Shown in pieces: positions 1 to 11,420 of a stretch of DNA of 64,000 nt (its first letter is position 1; each line of letters begins with the position of its first letter). Below the pieces are notes generated by a model. The model was not told the DNA's origin, did not search any database, and saw only the letters and a program-made list of their open reading frames with translations. The stretch comes from Epiperipatus broadwayi (lineage: Eukaryota > Animalia > Onychophora). The stretch spans positions 9,858,001 to 9,922,000 of the forward strand of contig JAQFVV010000005.1 in NCBI GenBank assembly GCA_028023455.1. The letters are read 5' to 3'. The translations under genes were made by a program, and so were the position numbers.

Positions 1-897
1 TTATATCAGTTACAAATTGGCTGTTATATTTTATATATTTTATAATTACAAAGTGGTTATCCAAAGAGGGTTAGAGATAGGCCATATACCTGAAATGAGA
101 AGTCAGAATGGCCTCAGGTTCCATTTTGTAATAGATATCATCACTTATTTATTAATTACCAATTGTAGCAGCTATCCTAGCATATCTGTATTCAGTTACA
201 AATGGAGTTGGGCATGATATGTGTTAGCATATATTAGCCCAATTTATTATTTAGTTACAAATGGCACACCAACTAAGGTTTGAAGTACTCCACATACCCG
301 AGAGGTGTGTAGTATATATAATGATGACAGATGTATAGTTTAAAAAAAAAAAAAGGAAATTTTTTTTTGTGTGTAATTTTTTTTATATATATATATAGAA
401 ATATTTTGGCCTTATGTTTAGATGATGATGATTACTATTATTGCATTTTTTTTGATGTTGACAAATAAATACAGCCATAAAATAGCTTATTTTCAATTTT
501 AAAATCATATAAATATGACAACTTATAGTAAGTGTTAAAGTTAATAGCATTTTTTAAAAAATATTTTGCTTATCAATGAAATATAGCATTGCTGCCAGAT
601 AAGCATAGAAATATTGATAGCGTTAAATTATAGAGTAATATTTTCATTCATATTTGGGAGAGTTTATGTTATAGAAAATCTATGATTTTGGAGGTTAGAT
701 TGGATATTTGATTGCTGGAGTTTGGTTGGTTATATTGCAATTTTTGATGATGGATGGAGAGTTTTTGACATTGCCTTGAGGCTGTGATGTATTCATGCCA
801 CTCATGATTGATTAATCTCATTCACTGCTCCAACCCAGATTATGATATCAGTTATTATTTATCATAAAGCAGTTAACAGTAGTCCTGCCATGATTTT

Positions 898-1036
898 TGT
901 CTCTAAGACTCCAAGAGAGAGAGAGAGAGCGCAAGGCATAGTTTTCTGATATATAATATTTGCCTCTAAGACTCCAAAAGAGAGCAAGGCAGTATTTTAT
1001 AAATTAGAGCCCTTAAGACTTGGATGCAAGCAGGGC
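898..1036 (+). repeat. Three tandem hairpin units sharing an internal-loop motif (YTAAGA / CA)
   Basis: Units at 898-938, 961-991 and 1009-1036. Unit 1 contains a (GA)n expansion. Confidence 0.6.
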
Positions 1037-1486
1037 AGTGCAACAGTGTTGGAAGTAAACTATCCAGGGTTGTAGTAGCTTAGAGTGATTGAATTGGGGT
1101 GATCATCTGATTGTTCATGGAACATTGTGTGCTTTAGGGGCTGTGATTGAATTCTTTTATCTATCTCATGATAGTGAATTGCTAATCATTCTTTTGGTTG
1201 TCAGATCTCTAGGGGGGTAGATGTATATATAACCTGAAGTATGAACTCTATTATAAATATATGCATGTGTTATATAAATTATTTTTGCTTAATTTATTAA
1301 ATAAGGGATAAAGAAAATTATGTTTTATGAAAGCATCGAAAAGCTAGATAAATGATAGTATAAACAAAGCACACTATTATAGAAATGGCTTACTCCTAAA
1401 TAAATGTTGTTTTTTTTTAAAAATAAGGGCTGTGACCTCATATAATAATACTTTGTCAATCATATATATGTAAAAATAAGTGATGA

Positions 1487-1620
1487 TGGAAGTTAGACTA
1501 ATGTAAGGCACTTGAAATACAAATAGATGGATAAGCAGAATAATGGCTAAGAAATAGTGATTGGAAAATCTTTGGAGTATATGAGTGGATAGATGAAGGG
1601 ATTGACTCTAGATGTGTAGG
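1487..1620 (+). mobile_element. Possible RTE 3'-end remnant
   Basis: Frameshifted reading ...MAK/NSDWKIFGVYEW resembles the terminal AxNRxxWxxxGExYxxxW motif of RTE ORFs. The match is short and weak. Confidence 0.3.
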
Positions 1621-4600
1621 AGATCACTATATGTAGGTTTTTTATCTTTTATAATCACTATTTTAGTTTTAGGCCTATTAATTTTCTGCAAATTTATAAA
1701 AAAATTCTAATTAATATTTTGTTAAGCTCATTCCTGGTGTCTAGGTATTCAATAAAATTTTTCAATGTAAACCCTATCATTATCAAAACATACTCATGAA
1801 GTTCACTTAAATAAATATTAACTAAAATTAGCACTACTTTTTTTTTATATCTGACTTGTTTATATAAAAATCATCTTACAAATATTTATTTGATTCTTAT
1901 AAAATTTCTAATAATCATTTCTCTTCAGATCTATTCTTTTTAAAATTCTAGTCTTTCATAATCAATGAAATAAATATTAACATCACTTTCTCTTTTCATT
2001 TATCAATAAATAATGATTTCATCACATCTATAACAACCTTTATTTTTGTCTGTCCTCTTTTAAATTTAAGCTTCTTATGTCATAAAAATGTCTAACCTAA
2101 TTAAATACATCTATTCATCACTTTCAATGTCTTACCCGTATGTGAGATTGAAGATGTAAAATCCACCTACATTACTGAATTAGACATTAAAATCAGAACA
2201 ATTCTTCAAAGAAAAATATAAGCCATTCTTTTGGATATAACTCAACTCGAATTTAAACATTTCATTATATTTAGACATAATTTTTGCAATCTCATATTTA
2301 ATTATTGCACAACCTATTTCTAGTAATACAAACAAGCATTTATTTTTTCTATCTACAATTCATTTAATTTCTTTTCCCATCTATTCTCTCTACTAATAAA
2401 GATGCAGTTTTTTTGTTTGTTATTATATAATTTTGATTCTGTTTTTCTCACCTACAGTGGTCTTCTGACTATTTATTTAATTTCATTTGCTATTAAATTT
2501 TTTATATATACTGTATGGAATATTGAATTTATACATTCCATTTCTCTTCCAGTTTATCAATTATCTCATAAAAGAGAAATTTGTGATATATAACACATTC
2601 ACCAAAGCTTTGATGTTTGTCTGTACTCTCAATATTCTTTTTTTTATAACAATTTACTTTCTTGAGAAATATAATCTAATACTGTAATTGTATCCCAATA
2701 TTAAGATTTATACCAAGGCAAACAATTTCTAAGCAAAACAAAGATTATTATTTACAAAGGCAGTGCAGTTTAGAGTAGTAGTATATTCTGGAGCTCAAAG
2801 TTCATAAATCACAGTTTTTGCATTCTGGAATGAATTTTTTATAATCTCCAAAACAATTAATCATTGAATTATTTTTTTATTATCTGCAAAACATCAACAG
2901 TTGATTGCTTATAATGTCAAATTAATTATAATATAGATATTCCATTGTTATTTTAATACTAAATAAGTTTTTAAAAGTGAACTATAAATTTATTTATGTA
3001 AATAAGTATTATTAACCACAAAATTGATTACATAAAGTTAAAACTGCTAACAAGTAAAGTTTTAATTATTAAAAATATAAAATTAGTATGTTATAAAGAA
3101 GGGGGCACAAACTTCTGCTAATTTATCAAGAGGATAGATGAGTTTAAGATAAAAATGAGTATTTGTATATTACCAGTAACTTGTTATACTATATTCAATT
3201 TTTCTCTTTCATTTCAGCTATAGTAAATACTAACAACTTAATAGTCATTTAGAATCCCTAATAAAGATTTGAATGTTATCTGGATATAGTATTCTCTTTC
3301 ACAGTCAGATTCAAATGTTAAAATTAGTTATCTGTTTGTACTTCATTAGTTATATTTGGATAAATCCAGTTATATTTATTAAGAAAATAATTTATTTCTA
3401 AGATTTTATCATGATCTAAAAAAATCACACAAAAAATACCATACTATCTATGTATGTCACTGAACAATTAAAAAGTCTATCTGTACAATCTTTGTTGTGA
3501 CTGGTGTGAAAAATTTCAGGAAACTATAGATACTAACCATGTTGAAGATCAAATTTTCTTACAAAAATACTTGATCCTCAACATAATTAATTGTATTAGA
3601 GAATTGATTGGAACACCATAAGATTAACTATGGCACACCAAATAGAATTCAAGTGAATAATTTTACACCAAACATAATAAATGTTTTAATAAGTCCCGGA
3701 TCTTTGCTCATATTTTAAAAAAGCACTATAATTATGGTTGGATATTCTTTCCATGGTTCCTGCATAATGTGGGCCAGTCAAAAAACCTTCACAAGTCCGT
3801 TCACAAATAAATGACATATCCATAAATTTTTATTTTTTTGTCACATAGTAAACCATCTGGATCAGAATAGTGTTTCCCTACCAAGTCCAATGATACAGGC
3901 AATATATACAAGTACATTTCTCCGAATGGATTAACATACTTTTTAAAATAATAACAGAAATTATCAATTTAATATTTTACTTATAAGAGTCACCAGATTA
4001 AAAGAAAAAAAAATTATAATAGATTTTTGGATTGTTGGTATAAGTTTTCAAATCTTCAGGTGTACAGAATGCAGTCTGCTATGCATTTTCACCATAAAGC
4101 ACAATATTAAGTTGGTCAAAGTAAGTTTAGATTGAGCAATATAAATATCACTGATTAAGCTTATATTATGCTTATGCAAACTCCCATGACAACCAAGTAA
4201 TATCAAGATTTAGAATTTCTTGAAATCTCTTTGGCAAGAGCATTATGATAGAGGAATCCTAGGCATTCAAACAGCCCATGGTATTCTCTACTGATAAGCC
4301 ATTAACAGCATCAATAATATAAAATATGAACATAAAGCATAATTGTGTGCAAATATCATCTGCATCAAGCATTTCTATGTATTACAAGTTATCTTGATAG
4401 ATAATTACTTAATCATTAATACTTGAATATAAAATTTTAATTTGTTTAGCACAACAAATGACAAAGAAAGAAATATAATACTTAACAAGTTTACTTGGAC
4501 TTAATTAATGGCTCAGAGATCCTTTTCTTCTGTAAAGAAGCTATGCTTTTTCACATCATAGTGTTGAAAAAAGAAAAGGGGATTCATAGTTTAACTTATT

Positions 4601-4721
4601 TTCTTTTATTTTAATTATCCTTAATATTGTTCAAATAAATTTGTCATAATGTTGTTTCCAAAATATTAAAAATCATTTCAACTCAATTGAAATTAATAAC
4701 TGAACAAAAATTAATAAATAG

Positions 4722-4775
4722 TTTATTAAACCAGTTTTCATAAATATTTTATTAAACCAGTTTTCATACAATATT
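4722..4775. repeat. 26-bp period tandem duplication
   Basis: tttattaaaccagttttcata at 4722 and 4748. Confidence 0.9.
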
Positions 4776-7700
4776 AGAATCTTTTCAAAATATAATTTTC
4801 CAATAAATCATGTGATGTGATGCACTGTGGCTTCTCTTTTTTCAAAGTCAGAAATCTCTCAGTCACTATGCCCAGAAAAATCTGTTAGCCACCTTATCTT
4901 TGGTTTCCATTCCCCACCATCAATTTTTCCCATATTCTCTATCCTGCTCCATCCCATTTCCCCAACATAATCGTCAACTCCATCACCTTTCTATCTAAAT
5001 CCCCTTTATCTTTTCCCAAACCCAGCATAAAAGTAAAAAAACCCACTTTCTGTATAGTTACTTTGTTTATATTTATTCTTCCACAACTTCATTATTTGTA
5101 CTCTTTCTGCTTGCAGGCATTTACATTCAATTAACAGATGCATAGTTTCTATACCTTTGCTACATAACTTGCAGTCTAAATCACCCGTATTTTTCCACTT
5201 ATGTGTATATTCCCTTGTTGCTAAAGTAAAGTAATTTCCTTGCTATTATCATAAATTAACTCACACCCAATATTGTTTACTTCTATATATATTTAAACTC
5301 TCTTTACTCTCCATACTAGTTCTCCATCTCCTTATTTTTTTATTAATGCATCTATTCTTCTATTCCATTTCTTGCCATTATAACACTCAACAATTCTAAC
5401 ACAATCATCCCATCTTTTGTATAAGTATCCTGACATAAATTCTTTATCTAAATCTTCTGGATACTATACTAACTTTCTCATCCATCTTGTTGCCTGTTCT
5501 TTACTTATAACCCAATTAAATACTATTTTGGCTATTCTTTTATTATCCATAAATTGCAATCTATCAAACATTGTCATTTTACTTTTTGCATCTCTCATAT
5601 AAAAACTTGACCATCCCATCTCTTCTTGAATTAACTCCTTTGCCATCCACACATCTGCATCAAATATATGTCTTCTTACTTCTCTTTGTTCTTTTTCTAA
5701 GTAATCTAACACCTATTTAATAACACATAATGCATCAATACTATATTTTAACCCTGCTATTGTCATTTCCATACAATTGTAGCTACATCATATTCATTAT
5801 ACAAAAACAGTTAATTTATCAGTTCCTTTCTTTTCTTTGCTTCATTTATCATTTTTTTCTCCCATTCATCCAAGCAATTTCTCTGATTATTTAAGACAAT
5901 TCCCAAATAGTTATACCTACTTACCACACTTAACTTTATATCCCCCAATAAAAACTCTTTCTCTTTTCTCAGTATTAATCATTATTACCTTTGATTTTTC
6001 TTCACTTAATTTAATCCCCATCTCTTTATCCACCCTTGCACATGTCTTCAGTATAACTTCCATATCTTCCCTACTTTATGTGCACAAAAAGACATCTGCA
6101 AATAAAAGACCCAATAATGCATATACTCCATTGCCTTTAACTGATTCTATATTTCCTAACTGATACATATAGTAATTATTTTCATATAATCTCTTAATAA
6201 GATCTACTAAAGCTCCATCCATTCCCAAATTTACTAAACTTATAATCTATTTCTATTTACTCTATCATATGCCTTCTCTACCTCTATAAAAACCATATAT
6301 AACTGTCTACCTTTATTTCTACTTATATCTATAAGTTGTGTAACTACAAATATACTATCTCCTTGCATTTATCCCACTATATTATTTTCTTCCATCCATT
6401 CTGCTATCCTTCCAACCATCATATATGCAAAAAGTTTATATAACACTGACATTACCACTATCAGTCTATAATTGCTTAAATTTCTATGATCCTTACTCTT
6501 TCCTTTAAATAGTAGCCTTACTCTTGTATTATTTCAACTATCCAGAAATTCTCTCTTTTGTGCCATCTTATTAAAACATGGTAATAGATTTAATTTTGCC
6601 CTGTTTCTTAAAATCATTACCATCTCTGCTGCCCATCCATCTCTTGCCTTTTTTTTTCAATTTCTTCCCTGCCTCATTCATTTCATTTTCTGTAAATCTA
6701 ATATCTCCATTACTATATTCTTTCATGTTTGTTATCACTCTGTCTTTCACATCTAACACTTTCTCTAGAGCTATACTCTTTTTCCTCATTTAATAATACT
6801 AGTTCTCTTTCCCCTACATTCCTTCTTTTATTGTATTTCCAAAATATTTTATTCCCATCTCTTCCACTTTTATTAATATCCTCCAATAATTTACTATTTA
6901 ATTCCATACTCTCTCTATAATTATCTATTTTAACCAACTTTTTTTAAATATTTTTCGCATTCAACATTAACATCTTTTGCACTTTCTTTGTTCTTAATAG
7001 CACTCTTATATTCTCTGCATGATTTCCCCCTCACTTTTCTATTACTTTTATCCTTCTGAATATTATCACCCAAAACCTTATTTGCCACTTTTTCTACTTC
7101 ACCAAACCATTCTTTATATTCCTCTCCCAAAGCTTCTATGATTTCTTCAACTTTTATTTTATATTCTTCTAACTTATTCTTATCATTCATTTTCTATTTC
7201 TGTACTTTATTCATTTCCTCTTTCTCTACTAATATATAATCTACTGTGTGAAGTATATTATTTTTAGACCATGTGTATTGTGTCTCATAAATATATGATA
7301 AATTTTCAATGTTGAAATTCACTGTGACAAAATTTCTTCAAAAGCTGTTCATTTTTGTCATCTATATCATCAATTTCTTCAATATGCCCATTCATGTCCC
7401 CTATAACCATTATCCCCCTCCCTCTTTTTTTTGAAACTGTATATTTTTAACTAGACATTCATATGTGCTATTGTTCCACTACATTATAGTTTGACTGTCT
7501 CCAGTGGCTATATACACTATAGCCACCACCCATTCTTATTTTTCTAACCCCTTCTCAAACCACAAATGTTCTTGACATTTAACAGTAGTTAAATATTTTT
7601 TGACATAACTCCTATACCCCTCCCTTTTCTATTTATACCCTGCCAGTATAGGTTCTTCTCTTAGATGTGTTTCCACTATTGCTAGTACCTCAAGCTCTTC

Positions 7701-7808
7701 ATTTTTAATTGCTTCATTTAATTCCAGCCATTTTTCTGGTTTCTTACCACCTTGTATATTCAAATATCCAATTTTAACAATTTCTTCTTTCCTAACCACT
7801 CTTTTATA

Positions 7809-8241
7809 TATGTAATATATAGGGTATATGAGCACAGACTTTCACATGACCCACCACTCTCCACACTATCTCATAACACTGATACACTTGAACACATATA
7901 TGTTGAAAAGATAAATAATCACCAATATACATATTTCATGCTAAACCAACAATCATCAGTTGGTCCAGATTACCATCTCTACACATATATGCTATAAGTG
8001 CTCAGGTATATATTAAGATAGCCAATCCTCGTACTTAAATGGACAGGCTTCAATCTATTCCACATTCCAACTCTTCAACTGTCCATCCAATAGAAAATCT
8101 GATGATGGAACGCTATGTGTTCAAGTGTATCAGTGTTATGAGATAGTGTGGAGAGTGATGGGTCATGTGAAAGTCTGTGCTCATATACCCTATATATTAC
8201 ATATATAAACCCAGGTATATAGTAAGCCTGTGTTTCTGTTA
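7809..8241 (-). mobile_element. 433-bp ORF-less Penelope-derived or retrozyme-like insertion with 17-bp TSD and inverted copy of its 3' tail
   Basis: Perfect direct repeat ctaaccactcttttata at 7792-7808 and 8242-8258. Removing the insert restores the LINE reading KRVKRTYKRVVRKEEIVKIGYLNIQGG. It has a 96-bp inverted repeat (7803-7898 / 8114-8209, 1 mismatch) and an internal hammerhead motif. Confidence 0.8.
7921..7964 (-). ncRNA. Minimal type-I hammerhead ribozyme motif
   Basis: Minus strand: ACCAA-CTGATGA-T-TGTT-GGTTT-AGCA-T-GAAA-TATGTA-TA|TTGGT. Stem I has 5 perfect bp, the core is intact, and the helix-III segment is self-complementary with G-U pairs. The base of stem II is a T-T mismatch. 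Confidence 0.75.
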
Positions 8242-8442
8242 CTAACCACTCTTTTATAAGTTCTTTTGACTCTTTTCCATTAAATTTGTAAGTAATTTGC
8301 TTACCATTACTTTTACAGACCCATACCCTCTCCACATGTACATTAATATCCAAATCAGCTACCCTTTGTTTATTTCTTATATCCCATCTACCAACACACC
8401 CTCTAATGTTCATATTACATAACCATTTTATATAATATAAAC

Positions 8443-8807
8443 TAGAGGTGGCCAAACTTTTAGACATTGGGGACAAATTTTTGGGTGAAAGTATACCTGA
8501 GGGCAACTATGTTTTTTTTCAGGACTTTGAACCAGAAAAAACAACATTTTTGCTGAGATGAAAACTGGAATGGAAAAAAATAAGTTTGAAGTGCTGTTTA
8601 TTTTAGAATGTACTTATGAATTGGTGTTTTTTATAAGGGCTTTTTGGTACTAAGAAATATTAATGAAGTTTTTAGAAAATACAAACGGATGATTTTTTTT
8701 CAATAAGATGCCAACTGTGTTAAAGACATTTTATGATTATTATTAAATTATTTCAGCACACTTTAATATTATAATTTGTCCATGTCACTTTATAAAATAC
8801 TTATTAA
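8443..8807 (+). mobile_element. hAT-like non-autonomous element, copy 1
   Basis: Starts with (t)agaggtggccaaactttt, a typical hAT terminus (CAGGGGTGGCCAAAC type), and is colinear over about 365 bp with 45227-45612. Confidence 0.65.
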
Positions 8808-9839
8808 TGGTCTGTTCTCCACGAGGATACTCTATGCAGCTTTATCTCACTCTCAAACCACTAATTTTTGTTATTTTGCTGATTTTATGGTCATTTTATC
8901 AATAAAAATGTATCATATGATCCTGCCTTCTTTATAATTATTTTATAACTAAAAAAATCAATATTTAAAATTATAACAATGAGATAACACCTGCCTCCTC
9001 CCAAGGCACTGATTGATTGTTTTACATTCTTTACAAAAAAGAGTGCTTGTCAATAGTTTTGATAGTTCTAAGTTCATTGTTTTGATTTTCAAAATGAAAA
9101 TATATGTTTTAGAGTATTTTTTTACATATTTATTATTATTTTCATAAAATATGTGCAAAAATATAATTATTTTAGAAGAATAGTTCAGATTTTAGTAAAA
9201 ATTATTTACTTTTAGATGAAAGTAAATTGAGAAAGAAATCAATCATGTAGGCTGTATTTTGTAATAGATTAAAAAAGTACATTTACTATTGTCAGCTATA
9301 GATTATTTTTATCAATTATAAATAGAAATTTATTTTTGAAAAAACTTTCATTTACTTTAATAATCTGATAAATTATTAATTTGCTTTTTTAGAAACTAAA
9401 CTAAGTATAATTTTAAAAAACAAATATATTATTGCTGAGTCTGTAATTGACTAATCATATATTTAGAACTTTACTTCACTTGACCAAGAAGTATTTTGAA
9501 TGAGATAAAGGTTAAATTACAATTATTAAATTACTATACAAAGTATTTTAAAAAATTTACAAATTCTTTGTTTTAAAATCAGTTCATTAAAATCCTCGTT
9601 GCTCCAGAACATCATGGCACAGTGTATCAATAAAATAGGCATGACCTATTTGTCTAATGACCTTCACTATTAACAACGATGTCAAAGCTATTCCTTCAGC
9701 TTTTTAGAACATCAATATTCAATATAAAATAAACACTGCCCACAGATAAAATATACCAGCTACAGGGCTTTGTTAATTGTACCTGTATACTTAATAAGAT
9801 TATTGAAATAAAATACTATAACTCTTTAATTTATAAACC

Positions 9840-11420
9840 AATTAAGCGTATGTCACGCTTGAATGTGAAGCTATAATAATATACAGGAATTAATATACGC
9901 TAAGCGCTTTTGAGGTCCTTTACCTCATATTCATAGCAGTGCTGTGAGCTGCGAAATGTAAAAAATGGAGCAGGAGAAGTGGTATGCAAAGCATATGCAA
10001 ATGGACTAAATAGTCCAGCGTTTAGAGACTCTTTAATAAGATTTTAGACAAGCTTCACTTTTTTGTGTAAAGCGCAATCTAAATTACTTAATAAGATTAT
10101 AAAATTTTATTCCTGTTCCCATAATAAATCCTACATTAATAACATGTCATTGGTTTCATGTTTTTTTTAATTACTACCAAGTCACTATCTTATAAAATTT
10201 TCCTATAGATTTATCAAATTTACATCAACAACAGATCCTAACTAACATAGTCAAAACAACAAATAAAATTCAGTTGTAATTGTAACGATCTCAACCAATC
10301 AACAAGAAAAAGGTTACTTTACTTTCCTATCAATATTCTTGAACAAAATACAAAAATGATTATTATCCATACTTTAAATATCTAAAAATAAATTTTCTCT
10401 TGAAGAGTGATTGTAATCCCCAGCCTTTGTTGCTAGGTTTTTTTTTCTTTTGTTGTTCCAATGCTTGATGACAAAAACTAGAATTTTTCTGCCCTGCAAA
10501 TGACTGGATAAATGACTGACTGATGCATGCGTAGAATCCTTCCAACATGAACAAAGTTTTAAAATAAATAATAAAAATAATAAAGAAAAGTCGACGTCTA
10601 AAAATCTAAAAATATTAGCAAAAATAATCACTGATCTGTTCTGAAAAAGTTTGTGAAATAATAGTTCATATTCTCTATTATTCAGAACAGTGATTATTGA
10701 AATAATAATAAACCTATAATATTTGAAAATAACAATTCGAAGCTTCTCTTCCTTAGGATCCTGAGATGCTTGCATTGTGCTAAACACGATGTGAATTCTG
10801 ATATCTGGATATTTCTTTTTGCGCATTTTTTTTAAAAATATCTTTTTAGAATTTAATAATTACTTATTGTTAATAGTCCCATTATTTATAGGGTTTTATT
10901 TGTCAGGATATTTATCATTTCTTTATCCAAGTATAGTTATTTCATCATAATTTCAATTATCAGTTCTTTTCAATAAATTATTGCAACGCATATAATCTTA
11001 TAGATTTATTACATACACTTTAAAATACTTTTCATTTTTTAGCTATTATCCATGACAGTTTTTTTTTTAAAAAATTATCCATAATGTTTTCTTCAAAAAG
11101 ATAAAACATTTTACCTCCATAGCTTTACTTTCCTCATAAAATTTATTAAGAGTTTGTCGTATTATTTATCAGTTTCTGATACAACTATCTCAATACTAGA
11201 AAATGCATTATTAATTTGAACTTACGAGTAGCTTTCCTATTAAGCTCTCCATATAATGTCCAATCTACGTCTTTACTTAATAAAAGAATTCTCCTTGTTA
11301 AAACTATTAATACTACATTAGTAATTATAAATTTTACTTTTAAAATCTTTTTGAATAGGCAAGTATTACTCGTTAGTATTTCCATATTTTAATGTGAAGT
11401 TGAATTAAGTTTCGACGAAA
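9840..11420. promoter_or_regulatory. CpG-retaining island, candidate promoter or exonic region
   Basis: About 20 CpGs counted by eye in 1.6 kb of non-TE sequence. Contains an unexplained 150-codon ORF and a strong minus-strand donor c|gtaagt at 11226/11225. Confidence 0.4.

Larger units (their letters stand above)
4811..8440 (-). mobile_element. Degenerate non-LTR retrotransposon (APE-RT-CCHC ORF2, RTE-X-like), near-complete ORF2 plus a short upstream part; copy A
   Basis: Minus-strand remnants in order: KIGYLNIQGG...AIVETHL (APE start), IGDMNGH and VDYILV (APE), RT region with GLLFAD, C-terminal CKLCSKGIETMHLLIEC knuckle, short 3' end with (CATCA)-like microrepeat. Clade assignment is inferred from the YDNSK(G/E)SxLLF motif plus the CCHC tail. 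Confidence 0.88.

Noticed and set aside
7-1040. CRISPR-like interpretation of short repeats separated by unique spacers
   Set aside because: The repeats are degenerate, irregularly spaced and in mixed orientation, the context is eukaryotic, and there are no cas genes.
1740-2800. G-poor plus-strand tract, possibly an old L1/Tx1-like LINE on the minus strand
   Set aside because: Composition suggests a retroelement, but no diagnostic motif could be read with confidence.
3480-4330. Possible I-group LINE RT remnant on the minus strand
   Set aside because: Only vague motif echoes and no catalytic motif. Left unannotated.
8099-8126. Plus-strand CTGATGA-TGGAAC-gctatgt-GTTC at the inversion junction
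   Set aside because: No GAAA or cleavage triplet follows, and the apparent stem spans the inversion breakpoint.
8210-8241. The 32-nt unique segment resembles hairpin-ribozyme loop B (cagaaacac...ctatatacctgg)
   Set aside because: Helix 4 is only 2 bp, the loop consensus is incomplete and there is no loop A partner, so it is likely coincidence.
7752-8506. Two ORFs (7752-7997 + and 8075-8506 -) sharing the peptide FIYVIYRVYEHRLSHDP...
   Set aside because: The shared peptide is just the 96-bp inverted repeat read on opposite strands, and the ORFs are chimeras of LINE, insertion and hAT sequence.
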